Assembly (NCBI GenBank): GCA_965204725.1
Contig: OZ242005.1
Span: 4,096,001 to 4,160,000 of the forward strand
DNA length: 64,000 nucleotides
Direction: 5' to 3'
DNA from: Candidatus Latescibacterota bacterium
Lineage (GTDB): Bacteria; Latescibacterota; UBA2968; UBA8231
The position numbers and the translations under genes are program-made. Numbering within the stretch: position 1 is the first letter of the stretch; the number at the start of each line of letters is the position of its first letter. The notes under the pieces were generated by a model. It made no database searches. It was given only the letters and a program-made list of their open reading frames with translations, and was not told where the DNA came from. Of this stretch, positions 56,852-64,000 are shown piece after piece.

Positions 56852-56919
56852 TGGACGAAAGAAGCAGTAATTCCCTAGCAGCAATAGGGCACACTCTGAC
56901 AACATAGATAGATTGAGAT

Positions 56920-57450
56920 ATGGGTGAGAGTACAACAACATCGTCTGGTGACTCCTATATCAAAGATAGGGTCGAAGATCAGATTCAGTACTTTGACCAG
57001 AAAGCGAGCAAGAACCAGAAATGGTATCGCTTCCTAAAGAAGACGGCCGTCGTCTCCAATATCCTCACGACAATGACCATCGCTGTCGCGTTTACCGTGC
57101 CTGACGACTACAAGGTTTGGATGGGGATCGGTGCTCTTGTTCTATCGACGCTCGTCCTAGCAACGTATCAATGGGAAGAATTTGCGAACTACGGAGCGAA
57201 GTGGGAGAGATTCCGTCTTGTCGCTGAGCTACTCAAGTCAGAAAAGTTCCTGTACAAGCATCAAGCAGGCCCCTACGCATCCGGCGATGAAAAGGGTCGT
57301 CACCGTTATCTTGTTGAAACCGTAGAGGCTATTATCCGTGGGACCGATATTTCCTACTTCTCTCTTATGGTTGACCCTGGGCGCAGGATTGAGCAACGAC
57401 TTGGACAAGGTAGCAATATCCGAGAAGCTGCTGAATCGACCGATGCTTAA
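56920..57450 (+). CDS. SLATT/DUF4231 two-TM effector
   Basis: YIKDRVEDQIQYFDQKASKNQKWY, two TM helices, W..FR..AELLKSEKFLY...GPY. Confidence 0.82.
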   Translation: MGESTTTSSGDSYIKDRVEDQIQYFDQKASKNQKWYRFLKKTAVVSNILTTMTIAVAFTVPDDYKVWMGIGALVLSTLVLATYQWEEFANYGAKWERFRLVAELLKSEKFLYKHQAGPYASGDEKGRHRYLVETVEAIIRGTDISYFSLMVDPGRRIEQRLGQGSNIREAAESTDA

Positions 57451-57520
57451 CATAGCTCGGGCACCGGGGGTTTTCAGACAGCTTCTATAGAGTAATTAGG
57501 AGACAGATATTTTCCAAAAG

Positions 57521-57553
57521 AATCAAACCAATTGCTGATTGGATAAACTCACA
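57521..57553 (+). repeat. 33-bp direct repeat copy 2 (orphan res 3' end), followed by AGGAGGTA RBS
   Basis: AATCAAACCAATTGCTGATTGGATAAACTCACA, 32/33 identical; the mismatch is synonymous (GCC/GCT). Confidence 0.92.
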
Positions 57554-57567
57554 GAGAGGAGGTAGCC

Positions 57568-57936
57568 ATGAACCTATTTATTAGCCATTCTTGGAACTAC
57601 TCAGGCGACTATTGGAGGTTAAAATCACTATTGGAAAACAGAGGATATTTTAATTTCAGAAACTACTCTGTGGAAAGTGATGAACCCAAAAATAATTGGG
57701 CAGAGATAGAGAACAATATTAAATGGTGTAGCACTGTTATTGTTATTGCAGGTGTGTATGCCAGTTATAGCCCATCTATAAAAAAAGAGATACGGCTAGC
57801 CAAAAGACATTTCAAGCCTACACTCGCCATAATTCCTTGGGGAAGTGGTAGAGCATCAGACTTAAGGAATGAATGTGACCGTGTTGTGGGATGGAACACC
57901 GAAAGCATTGTCTCAGCAATAAGGGAGTTGACCTAA
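57568..57936 (+). CDS. TIR-domain protein (DUF1863/MTH538, ThsB-like), copy 2
   Basis: LFISHSW, VIVIAGVYASYSPSIKKEI, KPTLAIIPWG, VGWNTESIVSAIREL. Confidence 0.88.
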   Translation: MNLFISHSWNYSGDYWRLKSLLENRGYFNFRNYSVESDEPKNNWAEIENNIKWCSTVIVIAGVYASYSPSIKKEIRLAKRHFKPTLAIIPWGSGRASDLRNECDRVVGWNTESIVSAIRELT

Positions 57937-58394
57937 TGGACAAAAATAGACAGGAACTTTTAGAAATTTATAAACTCCATGCCGAACTTGCGGACAGGGT
58001 GAGTCAAAGACGGGAAGGAGCAAACAGACTCTTTGTAAGCCTACTGACGGGCACACTAATTTTTCTCGCCGCTTTTTTGAGATACGGCACCGAGACCATG
58101 CCTGTAGGTGCAATTTTGACCGCCGTTAGTATTTTTGGAATTTTTCTTTCCGCAGCATGGTATATCGCTATCCGATCCTATCGTCAACTTAACTCAGGAA
58201 AGTTTGCTGCTTTACACGAATTAGAAGAAAAACTCGCCTATCCCTTTTTTAGGCGTGAATGGGAATTATTAGAAGAAGGCAAGAAGCGAAGTAGTTACTG
58301 GAAGCTTACCATTGTTGAAACCTTCCTTCCCATTGCCTTTTTTATCTTTCATATCGCTCTAATTATCGTCTCTGTTATTTTCTACCATCTGTAG
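57936..58394 (+). CDS. Small three-TM membrane protein (RipA-like oligomeric pore family, tentative)
   Basis: LEIYKLHAELADRVSQRREGANRLF, W...IRSYRQLNSGKF..LHELEEKL, EW, LT.VE..LP; TAATG coupling to TIR2. Confidence 0.7.
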   Translation: MDKNRQELLEIYKLHAELADRVSQRREGANRLFVSLLTGTLIFLAAFLRYGTETMPVGAILTAVSIFGIFLSAAWYIAIRSYRQLNSGKFAALHELEEKLAYPFFRREWELLEEGKKRSSYWKLTIVETFLPIAFFIFHIALIIVSVIFYHL

Positions 58395-58411
58395 ATAAGG
58401 GTAAAAATCAA

Positions 58412-60148
58412 ATGAAAACCTCGCTCAAAGTCGCCCCGCTCAAAGGTCGCCCGATGCTCCATTGGGTCGGCAAGAAACCGCTAGACGTCGTGCGGCATTT
58501 TCCAGCGCAGTTGTGTGAGACGGTGGAAGTTGACGATCCGCCGGCTGAACCATCCTACAAGGAATTTGCCAAGAGCAGTTACAACCTGCTGTTTCACGGC
58601 GATAACAAGGAGATTCTCTCTTCGCTGTTGATTGCCGGGTTCCGGGGCAAGATTGATCTGATTTATATCGACCCGCCGTTTGATTCCGCCGCGGATTACG
58701 TCCGCAAAGTCAGGTTGCGCGGGCAATCCAAAACGCTCAAAGGCGAGGGACATACTTCTATCGAGCAGACGCAATACGAGGATATTTGGGCGAATGACAA
58801 TTACTTGCAGTTCGTGTATGAACGGTTGATTCTACTGCGGGAATTACTGAGCGACAAGGGGGTTCTCTATCTGCATTGTGACTGGCACAAAAGCCATCAC
58901 CTACGGTTTTTGTTGGACGAGGTATTCGGCGTAGAGAATTTCGGAAATGAGATAATATGGAGCTACCGAAGATGGCCTTCTAAAACCAATAACTTCCAAT
59001 CTATGCACGATACCTTGCTTTGCTACTCAAAAGAATTGAAGCGTCACATTTTTAACCAAATGTATGAAGATCCTTCCGATAGCTACATACAGAGATTTGG
59101 AGGGAAAACGCAAATACTAGATGAGAAGACTGGCACTAGAAAAATAACGATGGAAGAGGATACAAAAGGTATGCCAATGCGCGACGTCTGGGATATTCCG
59201 ATAATCGCCGGATTCAAAAATGAACGAACCGACTTCCCAACCCAAAAACCCGAGGCCCTGTTAGAGCGCATCATCAAAGCCTCCAGTAATGAAGGCTCCA
59301 TCGTCCTTGACTGCTTTTGCGGCTCCGGCACCACCGCCGCTGTTGCAGAAAAGCTAGGCCGTCGCTGGATCGTGGCAGATTTGAACAAGGGCGCGATTCA
59401 GACTACCATCAAGCGGCTACAGAAAATCATCAACCAAAAAAACGGCGACTTGATAGAGAACGGCCGCGGCTTCATTCACTACCGGGTCAACAACTACGAC
59501 TTCGCCAAACAAAACGGACTCAAGAAAATTATCATCTCTAAGTACGGCATCCAAAAAGACAATGGCGACCTGTTTTTCGACGGCATAGTCGGCGGCAAGT
59601 TGGCGAAAATCATTGACCTGAACAGGCCGTTGAACCGGATGGATATCCAGATTATCAAAGATGAAATTGCCCACAATCGCCTGGACGAAACGCGGGATAT
59701 TGCCGTTTTCTGCAACGGCTCTGAAATGGACATCATTGACGAAATCGCCCAAGAGAGAAGCCCGATCAACAAAATCACGATCTGCGACATTCAGCAGGAC
59801 GGCGTGACAACAGACCAGCCCGCTGAGGCCGATGTGCAAATCGCTAAGAAAGGCAAAAAAGCGACGATAAAAATTGCCGACTACATTAGCCCTGCCATTC
59901 TGGCGAGAATGGAAATCGACAGAACGTTCTTTAACGAACAAATTGGCGACTTCCGAGCGCAGATCGACTACATTCTGATTGACACCGACTACAACGGCGA
60001 GAATTTCAACATCGTGAAAAACGATCTGCCGCAGCGGCGATCTGGTTTTATCGAAGGGGAATACGAACTGACGCTCCCCCGCGCCGGCGCAAAAGTCGCG
60101 GTCAAGATCGTAGATATGCTGGGCGAGGAAGTTATTGTGGTCGAGTAG
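58412..60148 (+). CDS. mod: Type III RM Mod subunit, beta-class N6-adenine methyltransferase
   Basis: LIYIDPPF, FPTQKPEALLERII, VLDCFCGSGTT, VKIVDMLGEE. Confidence 0.9.
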   Translation: MKTSLKVAPLKGRPMLHWVGKKPLDVVRHFPAQLCETVEVDDPPAEPSYKEFAKSSYNLLFHGDNKEILSSLLIAGFRGKIDLIYIDPPFDSAADYVRKVRLRGQSKTLKGEGHTSIEQTQYEDIWANDNYLQFVYERLILLRELLSDKGVLYLHCDWHKSHHLRFLLDEVFGVENFGNEIIWSYRRWPSKTNNFQSMHDTLLCYSKELKRHIFNQMYEDPSDSYIQRFGGKTQILDEKTGTRKITMEEDTKGMPMRDVWDIPIIAGFKNERTDFPTQKPEALLERIIKASSNEGSIVLDCFCGSGTTAAVAEKLGRRWIVADLNKGAIQTTIKRLQKIINQKNGDLIENGRGFIHYRVNNYDFAKQNGLKKIIISKYGIQKDNGDLFFDGIVGGKLAKIIDLNRPLNRMDIQIIKDEIAHNRLDETRDIAVFCNGSEMDIIDEIAQERSPINKITICDIQQDGVTTDQPAEADVQIAKKGKKATIKIADYISPAILARMEIDRTFFNEQIGDFRAQIDYILIDTDYNGENFNIVKNDLPQRRSGFIEGEYELTLPRAGAKVAVKIVDMLGEEVIVVE

Positions 60149-60208
60149 CTGTGTGAAGCGGTCCGAAAGGTCTTTAAGGTGAGAAAGTTTCTGGTAGATT
60201 GACCTCTT

Positions 60209-62188
60209 ATGAGCCAGCCCTGTATCCATGACGCGGCCTCCCTCAAGCCGCCCCCAGCCGTTCTCGACGCCGCGCTGGCCCGGCTCGGGTTTGAGCGTTT
60301 TCTGTCCGGTCAACGCGAAGCCATCGAAACCCTGCTCGCCGGCGGTCGCCTGCTTTTGGTCGCCCCCACCGGCGGCGGCAAGAGCTTGACCTACCAGTTG
60401 CCCGCGGCCCTCCTGCCGGGCACGGCCTTAGTCGTCTCGCCGCTCATAGCCCTGATGCACGATCAAGTCCAAGCCCTAACGCGACGCGGCCTCGCCGCTA
60501 CGTACCTATCCTCAACCCTCGATGGCGATGAGTTGCGCCGCCGCATGTCCGGGGTGGCCCAAGGCCAGTACAAGCTGGTCTATGCCGCGCCCGAGCGGCT
60601 GACCTTCTCCGGCTTTCGCGCCCTCCTGAGCCAGATCAGGTGCCCGCTTATTGCCGTGGACGAGGCCCACTGCATCAGCGAGTGGGGCCACGACTTCCGA
60701 CCCGAGTACTTGCAGATTGGCGAGTTGATACGCGCACTGCCCGACTGTCGGGTCCTCGCCTGCACCGCCACGGCCACGCCGGTGGTGCGCGACGAAATTC
60801 TCGAACGCCTCGGGCTACCCAGCGACACGCCCCAGCTAGTGCATGGCTTTGCCCGGCCCAACCTCTCGTTGCGAGTCGCCGAAATCAACAGCGCGGCCGA
60901 GCGGCGGCGGCAAATCGACGCCCTGCTGTCCAAAGCCCTCGGCCCCTCCGGCCAGCAGCCGGGGACCGCCATCGTCTATGCCCCCACCCGCAAGAGCACC
61001 GAGGAAGAGGCCGCCCGCCTGCAAGGGGCCGGCTGGCGGGTCGCCGCCTATCACGCGGGCATGACCGGGCCAGACCGCGACGCCGTTCAGTGCGCCTTTA
61101 TGCAAGACCAAATCCAAATCGTGGTGGCTACCAATGCCTTTGGCATGGGCATTGACCGCGCCGATGTGCGTGCCATCGCCCATCTGGCCCCGCCCAGCTC
61201 AATTGAAGCGTACTATCAGGAAGTAGGCCGCGCCGGGCGCGACGGACAAGACGCATACTGCCTACTGCTGATCTCCCCCGGCGACATGGCCCTGCGACGG
61301 CACCTAATCGAAAGCGATGCCAACGGACGCGCCCCCGACCAAGCGGTGGTCCAGCACAAGTGGAATCTCTTTTTGGAACTAATGCGCTGGAGCGAGGGCG
61401 GGTCCTGTCGCCACGACGCGATCTTGCGCTACTTCGGCGACGAAGCAGAAACGCTCTCGGGCTGCGGCCGCTGCGATGTCTGTCGCAGTCTCTCCCACGC
61501 CGCGGCGAGCAACGCCACCGAGGTCGCTACCACCGTGCGCAAAGCCCTTTGCGCGGTCGCCCGCCTGCACGGACGCTACGGCATCCTAATGGCGGCCAAG
61601 CTCTTGCGCGGCACCAAGGACGCCCGCCTTGCACGCGATGGCCTAGATCGGGCTCCGACCTTTGGCATCCTCAAGGAACATTCTGAGCGGTGGCTTTTAC
61701 AGCTTTTGCGCCGGCTGGTCACGGCGGGTTGGGTCGATTTTTTTGGCGGCGAGCGGCCAGTCGTAGTCCTCACGGAAGAAGGACGCCAAGTCATTCACGC
61801 CGAGCGACCCGCACGCCTGCTCTTGCCGCCTAAGTCGGCCTCGCTCCCGGCAGCCCGCACCCGCCCGCGCACCTCTGACCCAGAAGCCCACCAAGCCCGA
61901 CCCGAAGCTGGGCGCACCGCCCGCGCACATCCGCGCCCCCCCGACCCCAGCGGGGAATTCGACGAAAACGCCCAAGCCCTCTTTGAAGCATTGCGCCACT
62001 ACCGCATGACGCTGGCCCGCGAAGAAAAGGTTCCTCCCTACGTCATCGCCAGCGATCGCACCCTCCGCGACATCGTCCTGCTGCGGCCTGCCAGCCTCGA
62101 AGAGCTCAAGCTGGCGCACGGCATCGGTCCGGCCAAGGCTGAAAAATACGGCGACGACTTGCTATCTATCGTCCGACAGGCCGCCTAA
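60209..62188 (+). CDS. recQ: RecQ DNA helicase with RQC and HRDC domains
   Basis: PTGGGKSL, DEAHCISEWGHDFRP, ATNAFGMGID, QEVGRAGRDG, CGRCDVC, VPPYVI. Confidence 0.93.
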   Translation: MSQPCIHDAASLKPPPAVLDAALARLGFERFLSGQREAIETLLAGGRLLLVAPTGGGKSLTYQLPAALLPGTALVVSPLIALMHDQVQALTRRGLAATYLSSTLDGDELRRRMSGVAQGQYKLVYAAPERLTFSGFRALLSQIRCPLIAVDEAHCISEWGHDFRPEYLQIGELIRALPDCRVLACTATATPVVRDEILERLGLPSDTPQLVHGFARPNLSLRVAEINSAAERRRQIDALLSKALGPSGQQPGTAIVYAPTRKSTEEEAARLQGAGWRVAAYHAGMTGPDRDAVQCAFMQDQIQIVVATNAFGMGIDRADVRAIAHLAPPSSIEAYYQEVGRAGRDGQDAYCLLLISPGDMALRRHLIESDANGRAPDQAVVQHKWNLFLELMRWSEGGSCRHDAILRYFGDEAETLSGCGRCDVCRSLSHAAASNATEVATTVRKALCAVARLHGRYGILMAAKLLRGTKDARLARDGLDRAPTFGILKEHSERWLLQLLRRLVTAGWVDFFGGERPVVVLTEEGRQVIHAERPARLLLPPKSASLPAARTRPRTSDPEAHQARPEAGRTARAHPRPPDPSGEFDENAQALFEALRHYRMTLAREEKVPPYVIASDRTLRDIVLLRPASLEELKLAHGIGPAKAEKYGDDLLSIVRQAA

Positions 62189-62209
62189 CTCGCTCACAGG
62201 AGAACATTC

Positions 62210-63223
62210 ATGGCTACAATTCGTTGGGGTATCATTGGCTGCGGCGACGTCACCGAAGTAAAGAGTGGCCCCGCTCTGTACAAGGCGCGCAATTCCGCGC
62301 TGGTGGCGGTCATGCGCCGCAACCCGGACAAGGCCCGCGATTATGCCGAGCGCCACGGCGTACCCAAATGGTACCACCGATCCGAGTTACTCATCAACGA
62401 CCCGAACGTCGATGCGGTCTATATCGCGACGCCTCCCGACACCCACGCTTACTACACAATCCAAGCCGCCCAAGCCGGCAAACCTGTTTACGTCGAAAAA
62501 CCAATGGCGCGCAATTACGGCGAGTGTTTGGCGATGAGAAACGCCTGCCTCCAGGCCGAGGTGCGGCTTTTTGTCGCCTATTACCGCCGCGCCTTGCCCG
62601 CTTTTCTCAAGATCAAGTCGCTAGTTGAGGAAGGGGCCATCGGCGCGGTGCGCTTCGTCTCCATCGCGCTCTGCCGACCCGCATCGGAGGACTCCTACGA
62701 CCTGCCTTGGCGCGTCGTCTCAGCGATCTCGGGCGGCGGCTATTTCTTCGACCTAGCCTCGCACCAGCTCGACTTCCTCGATTTTGTGCTCGGCCCTATC
62801 ATCCAAGCCTCGGGCTACGCGACCAATCAAGCCGGGCTCTATCGGGCCGAAGATGCGGTTACCGCCAGCTTCGTCTTTGAATCCGGCGTTCTCGGCGTCG
62901 GAGTCTGGAACTTCGCCGCCGACCAGTCCCGCGATCAGATCGAAATCGTCGGCGACAAGGGCCGGATCACCTTTTCCACGTTTGCCTTCACCCCGGTCGA
63001 ATTGGAGACGGACGCCGGTACTGAAACCTTTGCCTTCGACCCGCCTGAACACGTACAGCAGCCACTCATCCAAACCGTCGTCGATGCCCTGTTGGCCCGG
63101 GACACTTGCCTCAGCACCGGCCTAACTGCCGCCCGCACTAACCGCATCATGGATATGATCATCAGCGACCATAGCCTTGTGCGACCTCTCACTCACCATC
63201 GGGTGCGGTGGGGGCGGATCTAG
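62210..63223 (+). CDS. Gfo/Idh/MocA family oxidoreductase
   Basis: WGIIGCGDV, YIATPP, YVEKPM, AYYRR, DLASHQLD. Confidence 0.92.
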   Translation: MATIRWGIIGCGDVTEVKSGPALYKARNSALVAVMRRNPDKARDYAERHGVPKWYHRSELLINDPNVDAVYIATPPDTHAYYTIQAAQAGKPVYVEKPMARNYGECLAMRNACLQAEVRLFVAYYRRALPAFLKIKSLVEEGAIGAVRFVSIALCRPASEDSYDLPWRVVSAISGGGYFFDLASHQLDFLDFVLGPIIQASGYATNQAGLYRAEDAVTASFVFESGVLGVGVWNFAADQSRDQIEIVGDKGRITFSTFAFTPVELETDAGTETFAFDPPEHVQQPLIQTVVDALLARDTCLSTGLTAARTNRIMDMIISDHSLVRPLTHHRVRWGRI

Positions 63224-64000
63224 TAGCCGGTCAGTAACTGCAACGCGGTCTCGCGGTTCAATAGTGCCGCATCTTCTGCCCGTTCCAAAAACGGACGCAC
63301 ATCAGCCGCCACCTGATCCCACGCCAGCGTACGCAGCCGGTTGCCGACCGCTTCCCGCCAAGTCCGCGCTGTCAGGGCCTCGCCGGGCCAATGGGTCTGC
63401 TGCAACGCCGCGTTGAGTAGGGACAGGTTGGGCGCAGGCCACATCCGATCGCTCAAGTACCATATTAAGTCGTACAGATCCCGCCCTTTGGTATAAGGGC
63501 GTTGTAGAATCGCATGCAGTTTGCCAGCCAGCAGGGAAGCCCGGTCGTGGTGCTGGAGCCGCAGTGTCACGTGTCGGCGCACCAAACGGGTTTCCAGCAC
63601 GGCACCGGCTGGCGGATTCGCATCGACCTCAATTTGTACGGCGAGGACTTCGTTTTGATGCGGCGAGAGACCGGCCTCGTACAGCAGGCCCCTAAAGCGC
63701 ACGAACGCACGGTGGACGGTCCTCTGATCGTTCAAGCCGAGCCCGACTTCATACCCCTCGCGAGCAAGTTCCGAGCGAATGGCCGCTAAATAGGCCCGCA
63801 AGTCGTAGGAGCTCGAGGCGCCTTCGAGTGTAAAGTCGAGGTCTTCGGAGTAGCGCGGCAGCGCAAAGAGGAAGCGCAGGCTAGTGCCCCCTTGGAACGC
63901 CAGCGGCACCATCGCCCCTGCACGCTGTAGAACATCCAAAATGCGGGCCTGCAAGTATTCGCGCAGGACGTTGCGTCCCTGCACAGGATCGGCCGCCTGC
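63220..64000 (-). CDS. AbiEii/AbiGii nucleotidyltransferase toxin (5' end beyond window)
   Basis: LREYLQ, FQGGTSLR...RYSEDLDF, KLHA...R..KGRDLYDL; frame open to the window edge. Confidence 0.9.
   Translation of the reverse strand, partial: QAADPVQGRNVLREYLQARILDVLQRAGAMVPLAFQGGTSLRFLFALPRYSEDLDFTLEGASSSYDLRAYLAAIRSELAREGYEVGLGLNDQRTVHRAFVRFRGLLYEAGLSPHQNEVLAVQIEVDANPPAGAVLETRLVRRHVTLRLQHHDRASLLAGKLHAILQRPYTKGRDLYDLIWYLSDRMWPAPNLSLLNAALQQTHWPGEALTARTWREAVGNRLRTLAWDQVAADVRPFLERAEDAALLNRETALQLLTGY

Noticed and set aside
56438-58394. Canonical Thoeris (thsA/thsB) call
   Set aside because: No SIR2-SLOG or TM-Macro ThsA is present, so gene symbols were withheld

Overview
GC-rich bacterial chromosome segment (by eye about 60-65% GC) with roughly 55 protein genes. 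I found no rRNA, tRNA, CRISPR array, integrase or intact transposase. The backbone is catabolic and housekeeping: enolase-superfamily dehydratase, HpcH aldolases, four PhyH-type dioxygenases (one frameshifted), SSS, SulP and DMT transporters, uxuA, topB, tag, comM/yifB, EndoQ-UvrD, rfbA, oadG-B-A with birA, phoX and recQ. This mix resembles marine or sponge-associated Latescibacterota/Poribacteria-like lineages, which is inference only. Several lower-GC islets interrupt it. (1) A DUF433/DUF5615 toxin-antitoxin (TA) pair between 92-bp duplicates of a gene 3' end. (2) A translationally coupled operon of Mrr-like nuclease, multi-wHTH protein and AAA+ ATPase behind a decayed WYL regulator, a candidate new defence system. 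(3) Three orphan genes including a membrane-anchored, possibly ubiquitin-like protein. (4) An ABC-ATPase plus PD-(D/E)XK pair. (5) A type III RM locus in res-mod order holding two tandem TIR + membrane-effector cassettes, each preceded by a copy of the res 3' end. (6) An AbiEii toxin at the right edge. Also notable are three tandem sulfotransferases next to a GOLPH3/GPP34-cytochrome P450 fusion, a PhyH enzyme with an HxG halogenase-like motif, recurrent orphan gene 3' ends in intergenic DNA, and an apparent CCWGG-deamination signature. All family assignments come from motifs recognised by eye, not from database searches.
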